Assembly: GCA_021613535.1 (NCBI GenBank)
Contig: CP075493.1
Coordinates: 3,410,001 to 3,474,000, forward strand
Length of the DNA: 64,000 bases
From: Adineta vaga
Lineage: Eukaryota; Animalia; Rotifera
Direction of reading: 5' to 3'
Under the pieces are notes generated by a model. It was not told the origin of the DNA. It was given only the letters and a program-made list of their open reading frames with translations, and ran no database searches. The stretch's first letter is position 1; every line of letters begins with the position of its first letter. A program made the translations under genes and the position numbers. Positions 1-13,004 of this stretch are shown piece after piece.

Positions 1-1021
1 GAAACAATTACAAATGATACAGCTTCATCTTCTCCTCCTCCTCAATCATCAACCAATAATTCCAATCCTCCTCCTCCTCCTGCTGCTGCAACAACTACAA
101 ATCATCATGAAACTGATGATAATGAGTCTGAAGTATGTCTCATTTAAGAAGTAGAATTTATTTCTTTGAAACTGATTCATTTCTTAGTCGAGTACTGTAT
201 TCGATTTAATCTTAAATGAGGATCATTCATTACACACAGAAGAGAATGATGACGAAGACGATGATGATGATAATGTATGAGTTACACTTATTTCTCTATT
301 CATAATTCTAATGAATTATATAGGAACATGATCCAATGACGACAAACTATTCTCAGTTGCATCGAAGTTCTGGTGGATCTGTTTCAACAAAATGGGATCG
401 GTTAAGACAACGTCGAGAAGCTGATCGTGCCTATGAGGAAAATCATCTGAAGAACATTCCGTGTTTGGGTTTACTTAATTCTTATGATGGTCATCGTAAT
501 GCACGAACAATGATAAAAGAAGCAAATTTTTGGTCCGATAGTTATGTGATGTCGGGTTCCGATTGCGGGTAAATATTTTCTCAAAAATTAATCAAAAATA
601 CGAAACGATGTTTTCGTTTTAGACATATCTTTATTTGGAATAAATTTACTGGCGATATTGTTCGAATAATCGAAGCAGATGAACATGTAGTCAATTGTGT
701 ACAACCTCATCCACTTGATTATCCTATATTGGCATCGAGTGGTATTGATTAGTAAGTAATATGAAATGTTGTTGAGAAAAATCGAAAGAAAAAAAGAACC
801 CTTTTTATTTTAGTAATATAAAAATCTTTTCTCCATTGGCTCGAACACCAATTGATGATAGTCAGCTTATAAATCAAACGGTAAAACGTAACTATGCAAT
901 GACAGAACAAACATCAAGTACAATAACAGTTCCAGCAACTTTTATATTTCGTATGCTGACATCAATGTATCGTTCACAACATTCCGAAGAAATGTCAGGA
1001 TTAGATGATGACGATGATTAA
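1..1021 (+). CDS. DCAF6: DDB1- and CUL4-associated factor 6-like WD40 protein, 3' part (multi-exon, 5' end outside window)
   Basis: Spliced exons give [29 protein letters not shown]|[42 protein letters not shown], the C-terminal WD40 signature of DCAF6. Stop at 1019-1021. Confidence 0.88.
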
Positions 1022-1072
1022 ACCGAGTGACATTGCTTTTACTGTTTTCATTGTACATTTTTTGTATTTATC

Positions 1073-2513
1073 TTATTTAATCAACAGACGTACGATGATT
1101 ATTTGAATAAAAACAACCAAAACATGAACATTTTCGAAGGATGAAACAGATGAACTCGCATCTTTTGAATCCGTTCCAGTTTCGGTAATTATCTCAAGTG
1201 TATCATAATAATTTTTTATTACGTCATATCGATCACATAGACCACAAAATTTTGGACAATCATTAAGTACATTTGCATAAGAAATACAAAGACTTTTATC
1301 AGATCCATAATCACAATCATTCGATAAATATGTACACTCGAGCTTTTCACATTGTTTACCATCTGCATGTGTTTGACATTGACATTGACATGAATCAAGA
1401 TCAATTTTGCCATTATAGAGACAAACTAAACCACCACAATCTAAAATATATACATTTCTTTTACATGAAAATCGTCTGAGAAGATTCATAACCATGTAAT
1501 CGTTTATTCTTTGATGGAGAAGAAAGCGCATGTTCATATGGTTTATTATCGCCTAATTGTCTTAATATAAAAAGCAATTTATCTATGACAAAATACAGTA
1601 TGAATATTTGACATACCCAGTCACATAATCTAAACGAGAGTATCAGATTTTTTCAATAGAAAACTAAGACTTACTACACACATAAAATGGCCACTCTTTA
1701 TGTGGATTGAATATACTTTTAGGGCAAAAAGCTAATCCGCAACCAATCAAAGTTGCTGTATCTTTTACCATCTATTTGATAGAAATTTAATAGAGAAACA
1801 ATGAATCATATCTATAATTGACCTGTGTGTAATGACCGACAACACTATTCTGAAATGGACTCCCATAGACGAAATCTTTCTTTTCACTTGCCCAAGCTTG
1901 AATTACTTGAATCCAATTTTGATAACCCATAGCTAGAGAATTTCAAAGAATTTTCAAATAATAGACTAAAAAAAAGTAGATACCAATATTTTGGCCAGTG
2001 GGAAGTGGTATTCGAGGCGCTTGACGTTGACTAGATTTATCGTGCTCATAATCACAATGATCCGCTAACAAACAGAAAACAATATTTCGTTTTCTTTTTT
2101 TCTCAAACTTTTCATATTCAATTCTACCATAACGCTGAGCAATCTCAGCAAGATCTTTACTCCAATACTATTATAATATGATTGATAGAAATCTTTTTTC
2201 TGGATTGAATATATTCATTTTTATCTCACCATCTTCTGCATATTTTTAGCGTTGACATCAATTCGTTCTTGATTATGAATTGCTAAGATCCGTTCAATTT
2301 CTTCATTAACTGGTGGTAAACTATGTGAAGATATTTTCTCAATACAATACGAATGTTTTTGATCAATTATTTGATATATCGATGGACATTCACCATGAAC
2401 TATTAAGTGAATAACCAAATTCATTCAATACTTCTTCATTCTATTGACATACCAAAATATAACTTGAAGAAAATCATGATACGAATAGAATAACAAATTT
2501 GAATAACTTTCAT
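1073..2513 (-). CDS. Secreted or anchored CAP (SCP/CRISP) domain protein with EGF-like and ShK-like Cys modules, paralog 1
   Basis: Exons give ILAIHNQER..MQKM|YWS..EHD..GQNI|A..W..E..VGHYTQ|MVKDTATLIGCG..YVC|NYVTG, then CLYNGKIDLDSCQCQC (EGF), C..DCPKFCGLC (ShK-like) and a hydrophobic C-terminus. Likely ATG at 2511-2513. Confidence 0.85.
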
Positions 2514-2718
2514 CGTTCAATTCTTTCTTATTCGTTTTTCGCGCACATCACTTTTTTTTGTTGTAATAAACTTCAAACTAAGAATCGATAGTTTTTTTAT
2601 TTTCTTTTATTCTTTCTTTTTTTTTAATACTCTTATGTTGTTTTACACAAGAAAAAAAACAAAGTTATGATGGATAATATCGATGGTAATGATGATAGTG
2701 ATACCAAATTTAAATTGC

Positions 2719-3415
2719 TTAATTCTTGTAAGCACGGCTAGCTCGTCGACCACGAGCTTTTTCAAATTTACGACCTTTGGCACGAACTTTTGGTTTTGTT
2801 GTACTATGACGTGCACCAGGTGGTCGACCTAAACGGAGAGAATTCAACATGTATTTCATATAGAATGAAAGAAGTAAGTTTTATTAACATACCAAAGAAT
2901 CGATAAGCTTTACGAGCTTTTCGTGGACCTTGTAATAAGACTGTGCCTTTTCCTTTAGGTGAACGAAGTGCCAATTGATCGAATGTTAAAATCTCACCTC
3001 CAGCACCGAGAATTCTTGCTCGAACACGTTCAGTAAGATGTAAAGCACAAACTGTTAATTTTGGTACTTCATAAAGTCGAGTATCATCAGTAATTGAACC
3101 GACGACAACGGCTGTTTTGTTTTCACGACCTATTCAAGATGAGAAAAAATAAATATTCAGATTTTATCGAAATTTTTCTTCGTCTTTCAATTGACCTTTC
3201 TTTTTCATATGTCGAACAAGACGGGAAAGTGATAGTGGTGGTCGATTTGTATTCGACATAAATAAACGTTTTAGGATGATTTTATTGAATTTTGAACTTG
3301 TACGACGTGCCAAAAAACGATAGAGTTTAACCAATAAAAGTAAATATAAATTTTGTGATCTTGGTGCTCGGCGTACTGCTTTGCGATCATAACGATGGTC
3401 GAGATCAACACCCAT
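2719..3415 (-). CDS. RPL18: 60S ribosomal protein L18 (eL18)
   Basis: [44 protein letters not shown]; [21 protein letters not shown]; ends [16 protein letters not shown]. Two short introns. Confidence 0.97.
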
Positions 3416-3631
3416 TTCAACGATCGAATTTTATGAAGAAAATAATCTGAAAGAAGATTAGTATCAAATAACAGAAGATGAAAGCATTTTCGGTTTGAAA
3501 AATACGGAAGGAAATAAAGAATATATATATGTATCACACATATGAAAGCGATTTGATTGGAGAGAAAACTAAAGAAGAAGGAGAAGAAGAAGAATAACAT
3601 CTAGCTTCTGTTTAAATAGATGATAATGATT

Positions 3632-5141
3632 TCATAACGAATTTGTATAATTATTAGTGATTAGAGTTGAATGATTAATATCAAGTTGATATTGATGAAT
3701 TTTATCCATCAATTGATAAAGACGTTTCATTTGAGTATTTATCGAAGTTGAATTATAATGTGGACGAAGAAGAGATTTAGCTAAAATTTGTTTATCCTAA
3801 AAATGAAATTTTCTCATTCGAAAAAGAAAAAAGATCGAATTCATTTCATACATGATCAAAAAATTCGAAATAAAGTGCACCTTGCCGTTGTGGCGTCGGA
3901 TTATTTAACCATAAATGATTATCATTTGCATCATCTTCGTCTTTAAATTCATTAACAATTCTATTGGCTATATTACAATAGAATATCAAAAAACGAAGAA
4001 GAATATCTTCCGATTTCGTTGATTGATCAATTTTCAAAGTAAATAAATTGATAATCAATTTCAATTCAACACCCTCAAAACAAAAAAGAAACACATAATT
4101 TTAACATAAAGAATTTGATTTTGTTAACTTACGGTTAGTTTCAATAAATTCTCAATATTTAATTCATTCAATGATAGATTCACAAGAAGTTTACCTACTG
4201 ATAATGCTTCATCATCAGATTCAATTGTTGATTCAATTAATAATCCAAGCTCATATATATTACTCATATATTCCTCATGTAAATAATTCAAAACAGACAT
4301 ATTCATCAATAGATTTAATCCATATAAACGTATCGATGAATTCACTGGACTTACATTACATAAATTAATGATAATAGAAACAATATTCTAAAAACAAAAA
4401 TAAGTTTACATTTAACACATGAAAAATTGAAGATTAAATGTATTCATACCGAAAATTGAGTAATTGCAAAATCATTTAACGCAAGATTATTCAATGCTAA
4501 AATAATATGACATTTTGTTGTAGCGTTATCTGTTTTTAGAAGTAATTCACGTAAACGAATAATACAACCAGCATTTGCTAAATTTATTTGACCTAAATAT
4601 TTCAAAAAAATGAAATTTATTATTCGAAAATTGAACATTTTCTCATTTACTTTCTTTAAATGCTGAACTATTAGCAATACTTGTTAAAACTTGATGTAAC
4701 TGTTCTTCATTATTTTGAGTTTCATAAAGAAAATGTGTTAAAATAGAAGCTTGATCTGGCGTTAATGGTACACTGCCACTAGGTATTTGAATTTCATCTA
4801 AAGAAGAGAGTTTTGTTAATTTCAAATTTTGAGAAGATAATATTCTTACCGAGAATTTGTATCGAATCTGAATCATCATTATCTACATCAATGGGAGAAG
4901 TGATTTCAACTAATGGATAATCATGCCGTGATTTCAATGATGATAGTGTTGGTATCGGTGTGAGACAACGATTCGTTTTCGATACTAAATAATAACAGAA
5001 AATTATTCAATGAAAATGTTTTCTTTTTAATAACGAACATGATATTTGTCGTTGATGGCGATAGAATAGATAGAGACCTATACTGGTACAGACACCGACT
5101 GAAATTGCCAGACCAGCATAGATCTTTTGTCGATTGAACAT
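3632..5141 (-). CDS. Armadillo-repeat protein, ARMC10/ARMCX-like, with N-terminal transmembrane anchor
   Basis: N-terminus MFNRQKIYAGLAISVGVCTSIGLYLFY (TM). ARM-like exons include LTSIANSSAF, ALNNLALN, GLNLLMNMSV and KLLVNLSLN. About 7 exons. Confidence 0.65.
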
Positions 5142-6029
5142 TGTGTCAACAACCGATACCAATATGAAATACTGATCATTATGCCAGTAATCTTATAGGA
5201 AAAAAATAAATAATAAACATTTTACTGATTCCATAAATTACCGGATTCGATGCGGCGAGAAAAAAATGCATACTTTTACTTGCCTCTTACGTCTATATTG
5301 GTATAGATGTCGTTAGGAAACAATAGGAAGATCTTGTGAAAAGAAATTTGATATTTATTTGTTAACAGATGAAGATATCTTTCGAATATATTTGTAAAGT
5401 TTTCATTTCAGGAAATTTTGTTAATAAAATATTGCAGATGATAAATGGAGTATTGTTATCCAAAGGGATTGATCGTTTTTTTGAAAACACATAATATGTT
5501 ACAGAGGAAAACAAAAACTAAGGATCAAATAGTAAGGACAAAGCAGGCAATTTCATCTATGTATGATACCAACTGTTCGAATTCTAAAGTATCATTCATG
5601 CAAATCACAATATTATATTGAATAATTCAAAACCAGATGAAACTTGATTACAATGACTTTCATATCTACAAATTCAAGATATGTAGTTCTCAACTGGCAA
5701 TTACTAAATAATGAATAATGTGAAATCTACAAAAGATGTCGCTAATACATACCTACATTGCCTTGAGAATCTAAAACCAATCATTGGTAATGTGACGTAT
5801 ACTACTTTTGTTTCTCTGCTGTAAACTTTAACCACGATGTACATTCAATTCGAACTCAATTTAATATCTTCTTTATTAAAATCAATATGTTATTCTATTT
5901 CAACTTTATTACCTGATTACAATCATGTCTAATTGTAAAACTTGATCTGATTTTGTTGATCTTATTTTCTAACAGATTATGTTGTTAACCTTTTTGGAAT
6001 TATTTATTATTGTTATATCTTTTAAACCA

Positions 6030-6918
6030 ATGAATATTTTCAAAGATTCTTTATTTTCGTCATCAAATTCGAGAAAATCAAAAAGACCTAGTCAGAATCA
6101 TTCGAATAGTTATAAATTTCATCAAGCAACTAATTCATTAAGAGATCCATTGTTATATACATTTGATAATAATGATGAGATGGAATTAGGTACAATTGAT
6201 TCCGATGAAGAATCACAAGCAAATACTGAACATATTTTACGTACTCGCCATTCAAGACAACTATTTAAACCAGCAGCACATGGTGGTGGTTCAATTGTTA
6301 TTGTAGAAAAATCAATCTTACCTAATGAAACTATTCAAGCATTTTCTATTCGATATCGTGTGCCTGTATGTAGATTTGATGTAGATAAAAGATTAAATCA
6401 AATTTGTTCTGTCTATTCTTTTATAGATTTCTCAGTTAAGACGTTTAAATAATCTCCAAAGTGATCAAGATTTTTATGCTTTGACACATTGTCGAATACC
6501 AGTTCAACGTTTTGGATTACTTCATGATGCATCAACATCATCTACTATTGTTGATTTAAATGAACAATCAACGATCGCATTACCTGTTACACATCTATCT
6601 CAACAGAATCATCATGCTTTTCTCAATGCTATGGATCAAGATCTGGCATTAATGCGTACAAAAGTTGAACAATTAATCCAAACACCAGCAGCAGCAGCAA
6701 CAACAACACCAGCAGCTATTTCTAATGCATTAACATCTTATTCATCATCAATCAAAATGATGAAACCTACAATCACTTCAACTAATGAATTAAATTGTGA
6801 TGGAGCTGATTGTGGTTGTCGATTTTGGCATATCATTCTTATCATTATATTAATCGCTCTTATACCATTTATTTTCACCTATTTTTATATAAAAACTGAT
6901 CATCATCATAATCTATAA
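6030..6918 (+). CDS. LysM-domain membrane protein (LYSMD3/4-like)
   Basis: LysM domain ILPNETIQAFSIRYRVP|ISQLRRLNNLQSDQDFYALTHCRIPV split by an intron at ~6366-6427. C-terminal CDGADCG..W plus a TM helix is typical of LYSMD3/4. Confidence 0.88.
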
Positions 6919-7166
6919 ATTGGTTTTCTCTTTTTGTTTATTCTGTTGATTATTAAAAAAAACAATACAATATGATATGAATGATGAACGTATGTTCTTC
7001 ATTTATTATGTGAATTTTAGTATCGTCAGTCAGTATGATAATTTGATTTGTTAATCTGAACAAACAGATAAAGTTTTCTCGAACAATTCACTTCAAATAT
7101 TTATTATTTAAACTTTTAAATAGAAATATTTCATTCGAATACAAAAAAAATAATGCTCTTTGATAA

Positions 7167-7539
7167 TTAACGGTTGAATGTCGTATAATCGAAACCTGTC
7201 GGTTGACTTGAAATTGTATTTCCACCGTGACCAGTTCTAAATGCTGTCGCAGCATAATGAACATCATATGGACGACCAATCATACCATCCCCATTAAGAT
7301 CCATATGAAATGCTCTTTCTATTCGGCTCCAAAGTCTTAGACAACGAGAATATTAGAATATATTCTCAATATTGTTTTATTGTATCTTACCTTGCCCTCC
7401 AATATAACCATCTCCATTTAAATCAAAACCAGTTCTATGTTCTAAACCATTAAGGTAATAACCTAATGAAAATAAATTCAGATCAATTCTCAAAATATAT
7501 CAAAAACAAGCAAAATTTTATGTTGAAAAACTTACTCAT
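7167..7539 (-). CDS. Small tandem DxNGDG-repeat protein, copy A (possibly splice-defective)
   Basis: Exons ATGA (7536-7539), 7391-7462 and ~7167-7336 encode MSYYLNGLEHRTGFDLNGDGYIGGQG-LWSRIEKAFHMDLNGDGMIGRPYDVHY... The homologous acceptor of intron 2 reads AA instead of AG. Confidence 0.6.
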
Positions 7540-9391
7540 ATTTGTTGCTTGTTTATTGTGATTAGACCGTAATGAAAAGCACAAGTATCTATTGATAACT
7601 TCCTCTAGGAACGTTGCGTTTTTATATAGGTCTCTTGTCCTGTCTCGTCACACATACTTGATATTGGTCACGCTTGTGTAATTATTGTTTTTTCCAATCA
7701 AGTTGGGATTCTTCAATCTCGAACAATGATCGAATGTAATTAAATATTATAAACATCAGGTGATTTAGGCAAACATACATATCGGACGAGACATATAATC
7801 GTTCTTTCACACCCTCAAGTTCGAAAAAATATTTTTATGACTTATTTTGATTATTTCAAGCATAACAGAATTTATTGTCTATTTTCAACATGTTTTAAAA
7901 CTTCGTTATCAACCCTGAATTCATACTAGACTGAATTCAATACCAAGAATTTTAAGACGACAAGAAGTCTTGCAGAAATTTAGAAATAGAGAATAAATAT
8001 ATTCACAATTATTATATACTATTATTCGAATAAAACTAAACCAACAAACATATTGACGAGACCCTTGATATGTGCAAAGGTGATGGTTTGTGACATGTAT
8101 TACTCTTTTCCATTTTAGTTCACTAAACAAGCGATTAGATTAAGATGAAACATAAGTGACAGGGAGGAAATAATGAAATACTGTATAATAATAACTTTTT
8201 ACAATACATTACAAAGTCATTTGTAAATTTGTAAGATTAGCAAGGCAGTTAATCTATAGAATGTTGAATCATGCAAACGATTCTACTTGTATTTGTTCTT
8301 TACAAACTGTATGTCAACAATTAAATAAAATCGTTTACATCTTAAGACTTCCTAGATACTAATATCAAGTAAATAGAATGAAAATGAGCAAACGTTGTTC
8401 CTACTCTTGACTGTATCACTAAATAACATCTCTTTGTCTTAAATTAGGACAATCAATACCTGATAAAGAAAACATAAATGATTACATTACTAATTTCAAA
8501 ATAGAACATCTTTTGAAAAGTTCCTATTCAATTCAAAAGATCCCGCAAAAGTAAGAAAATTCTTTATATCAACAAACTACAGAAAAATATGAATATTTTA
8601 TTAATGAATCATTAAGACATAAAAGAGAATATGTCCATTGTTTTGATAGTATCACCATGGATGTCGATAAGTTCTTTTTCGTCATCGAAACAAACATCGC
8701 CAAATATAGAAAGAATATCGAATTAGTGTTTCTACATCAAACAAGTTAGATTATGTATAGTTTAATAGAATTATGCGAAACGTTCTATATCGTTTTCCAC
8801 TTTATCTTTTGTTCTATCATTGAACAATGTAAATAACATATCTATATGGAAAAAAATATTATATTTCTTATTCTATGTCATCTTGTTCGTAGTCAGACTG
8901 CATGAAAATCTCTTCACTAATATTTTGTAGTAGGCAGCGAAAGTAATGAAAATAAGATAGTGAAGATTTATCTTGGTTTTAATATTATCCGATATATACA
9001 TACTCACACGATCATGATAATTTATCTCATGAAACAATGCGCGGTTTGCCCACTTGCAAATAGAAATGCAGATTAAAAAAAAACTTTTCGATTCTTTTCG
9101 ACCCTTTGAAATAAACATTGTATGAAAAGATTCATTTACAGACATATCATTCTATGGTTTTTCATCGACGGTATCATACTTATTTCTGTACATATTCTTT
9201 CAAGCGTTCTCTTCTATCTGCTTGAAATTGGCACTTTGTTTTAGGTCACATTTATGAGTGAATTACACACAATCTAAACACAAAGAGTCAAACAGAATTT
9301 ATCCAATATCTTTTTTTACCCCACATTTACTCTTCTATTATACACCAATAAAATCACATCTAATTAAGTTTGTAAGATTAACTTAGATACA

Positions 9392-10548
9392 ATGTCAACA
9401 GATGTTAGGGATTCTATCAATAGTGACAAGAAAACTAGTACATCTTCAAATTTAAAAACACTACTCGTACGAATTTGTATAAGAAAATATAAATATTATT
9501 CATATTTTGTGTTTGTCAATAGATTGCAATAAAGCCAATGTCAATTCAATCATCAAGAGATGCTATTAAAGAAAGTTATCGTATTATATTTGGTAGTGCA
9601 AATAATATTTTATCAGCAATAGCAATAATATTTCTTAATAAATATATATTTTCGCATTGTCAAATCCAAACAATGACATTAACAGCGATACAAATGATGT
9701 TTACATCCTTTGGTCTTTTAATATGTTTACGAATGAAAACTTTTGTACATAAAAGAATACCAATAAAGAAAGTTTTACCATTATCAATAGCATTTTGTGC
9801 ATTTGTCGTGTTTACAAATTTATCATTAGAATATAATTCAATAGGTACATATCAATTATTTAAAGTATTAACAACACCTATAGTTGCACTTATATCATGG
9901 TTATTTTACGATATAAAATATTCGAAAATGGTTATAACTACATTAGTACCTGTTGTTATTGGTGTATGCATAAATTCCATTAATGATTTTCAATTAACAT
10001 TATTTGGTTCAACAATAGCGACAATTGGTTTTATGTCAGCATCACTTTATCAAATTTGGATTAGTGAACGTTTGAAAGAATTAGAAATAAATTCACAACA
10101 ATTACTCTATTATCAAGCACCATTATCTGCATTATTACTTATACCATTCATATTGTTAATAGAACATTTTCCATCCTATGAAACAGATGAAGAACTACGT
10201 ATAGCTATCGTAAATGTTGTCGCTTCAGGTATTGTTGCTTTCGTTGTTAATTTATCTGTTTATTGGGTTATTAAAAATACGTAAGTTAAATTGATTTTGA
10301 TTTGATTTTTTATAATTTGACAAAATTTCAGATCAGCATTAACTTATAATATGATTGGTCACATGAAAACAGTTTCAATACTTGTTGGTGGATTTATTTT
10401 ATTCGAAGATAGTCTTAATATAAAACAATTTCTTGGAATTTTATTAACATTATTCGGTTTATTTTCTTATACATTTGTCAGAATGCATGAAGAAAATCAA
10501 TTACCATGCTCTCATTGGAATGCAAATCCAACAATAAATATCGTTTGA
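9392..10548 (+). CDS. SLC35E3: Solute carrier family 35 member E3-like (TPT/nucleotide-sugar transporter family)
   Basis: NILSAIAIIFLNKYIF, FCAFVVFTNLSLEYNSIGTYQLFKVLTTP, QLLYYQAPLSA, TSALTYNMIGHMKT. Three exons. Confidence 0.88.
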
Positions 10549-11459
10549 AATTATTTTTCTAATCTCTTTTATTATAACTAAATTTTTCCGTTGAGCCATT
10601 TCTTCGAGACAGACGAAGAATAACAGCATACACATGGATAGAATGTTTCTATAAAATAATGTGGATGCCCCATTTCATATGCCTAAAAAAGATTTTGTCC
10701 ACGTGATAGAATTGCTTCGTTTTTTATTGACAAGATTAAATGTTCGAATGCGTTTTTACATAATTTATCAAGGCGAGAAAAGTAGTTGCTGATAGTTTTC
10801 GTCAGCTCCACAAGAAACCGTCAGGATCTCCAAGGAACTATAGGATCCCTCGGAAACTATAAGGGTCTGAGGAACCGCTTTTCCCTCTTGTAGTATTTTG
10901 ACTCCTCAAACCGACAAAAACGGTTGAGTTGTACTCCACTAACAGATAACATAAACTCCTCATTCAATACACCAGCAAAATTTTTAAATTTGATATTTTC
11001 AAAATCTATATCGATACATTAACAATAGATGAGAGAAGTAATACATGATAGTCAGCGTGCTTAATCAGTAAATGATCTTTTATACAAGAGAAGTTTGAAA
11101 GTCGGATATGTGAGAATATCTGCTGTAGAACTATTCTGCATATCTTTATTTTTTTTCTTCAAACATTGATCACACTGAATCTTTGCAACAATCAAATTCT
11201 ATAATGGGTAGCACAGCAGGTCATGAATATATTAAGAAATAGAGTAGCAAAACTCATTTGTTTCTTACCCACCTTCCTTACTCAAGGCTCTTTCATCTTT
11301 TTAAAGAATCTTCTTCAAATGTTAGATTGTATTCTTGAATGTTTTACAAAGAAAAAGCCTTTAACAATCTTTCTTTATGATTCTTTTTGTGAAATTCTTT
11401 ATTTATTTAAATTGGTATTATTTACATTTACAGTAAAGAAAAAAAAATCTTTCTAACAA

Positions 11460-11769
11460 TTAATAGTAACCATAATAAGTGGTTCTATATGCATATGGTT
11501 GTGCCATAGGTAATATTCCACTTCCGTATCCATACATCGATGGATATCCATATAACACATCAGGACGACGACCAATAATATTGTCACCATTGAAATCAAT
11601 ATGTGTTGCTCTTTCTAATCGACTCATCATTCCTTCACCTCCAATATATCCATCATTATTCAAATCGATGCCAATACTACGTTCAACACGATTCATCATC
11701 ATATCTAAACAAGCAAAGACAGTACCGTAGAATTATCAAATCGATGTTCTTCAAATAAGACTTACTCAT
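11460..11769 (-). CDS. Small tandem DxNxD-repeat protein with Tyr/Gly/Pro-rich tail, copy B
   Basis: ATGA micro-exon (11766-11769) plus exon 11460-11704: MNMMMNRVERSIGIDLNNDGYIGGEGMMSRLERATHIDFNGDNIIGRRPDVLYGYPSMYGYGSG..YYGYY*. Confidence 0.8.
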
Positions 11770-12449
11770 TGTGATTGTTTGTGTGTCTTTAGTGTAGAGA
11801 GAATGAAATAAACAGTTGAGCTGGTTATGCTTGATATGTAAATCGATTGATGTATGTTTGTATTTATAGTATTGGCTATGTAATGAAAGAACGCACAAGA
11901 TACGATGATGACGTCGAGTGAGTGATGTACATGTGTACAAACGAATGCGTGTTGTTGTTGTTGTTGTCGTCATAAGCATGATGATGATGATGATGACGAT
12001 GAAAATAAAATGCGTCACTTGCGTCCAAGGTAATGAGTGATGATAGAGAACTAGATCAAACAAGGTAACGAATCTAACCTTGGTCTCGTTTTGACATGAC
12101 GTCATCAAAGAATTTCATCTTGAGAATATCAGAATCAGTATGAGAAACAATCATTCGAATAACTACCTAGTTTTGATATGTTTTACTTAGATTTGTTCTG
12201 TTGATATCTAGATCAACAAATATAGGATATGAATGATCTAAAACACGTTGATCTCATTTCGATATAGAGAAGTGACTGAGAAACGAGCTGAAATATAGGA
12301 GAGATTGTAAGATTAGATATATAGTGTGTTTCACCAGTGAATGATAAAGAAAGATGAGATTCATTTGGAAAATGACTTGATTGTTATATGAACTATGACT
12401 GTATGCTAATGCATTAGAAAAGCAATGAGAAGAATGTATGTAATGATTT

Positions 12450-12484
12450 GATATGATATGATATGAGATGATATGATATGAGAT
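12450..12484. repeat. (GATAT/GAGAT)n pentanucleotide microsatellite
   Basis: gatatgatatgatatgagatgatatgatatgagat read directly. Confidence 0.8.
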
Positions 12485-12624
12485 CAATGTAAAATAGAAC
12501 ATAATTCATTATTTGATAGTGACAAAGAGATTTATTTCGAATTCAAAGAAAAACAAACAAAATGCAGAAAAAGCTAAAAGAATAAGAAGAGTTCATGTAT
12601 GATTTGTTGTTGTTGTTATTACTG

Positions 12625-13004
12625 TCAGTAATATCGAAAATGTGTTGGACCATAAGTGAATCCACCGTAAGATGTCGAGGGATATCCACCATATGACATG
12701 GAAGGATATCCACCACCATAATGCATCATCGATGGAGCATAGTATGGAATATCATATGGACGACCAATAATATTATCACCATTGAAATCAATGTGTGTTT
12801 TTCTTTCGAGTTTGCTCAGAAAACCTAGAAATGAGAAGGTGAAGAAGAAATGAAATGAGATATGTTATGTTACCTTCTCCTCCAATGTACCCATCATTAT
12901 TCAAGTCGATACCGACACGGCGTTCAAGTCCATTGATCAAAAAGTCTACAGAAGAGAAAAAGGATATGAATAAGAAGATGAAGACAAGAATGATACTTAC
13001 TCAT
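12625..13004 (-). CDS. Small tandem DxNxD-repeat protein with Tyr/Gly/Pro-rich tail, copy C
   Basis: Three exons (ATGA 13001-13004; ~12874-12945; 12625-~12824): MNFLINGLERRVGIDLNNDGYIGGEGFLSKLERKTHIDFNGDNIIGRPYDIPYYAPSMMHYGGGYPSMSYGGYPSTSYGGFTYGPTHFRYY*. Not in the ORF track. Confidence 0.8.

Noticed and set aside
5300-5950. Coding-like fragments with splice-like sites between ARMC10-like and LYSMD
   Set aside because: All frames have frequent stops and I recognise no motif; it cannot be supported as a gene or pseudogene.
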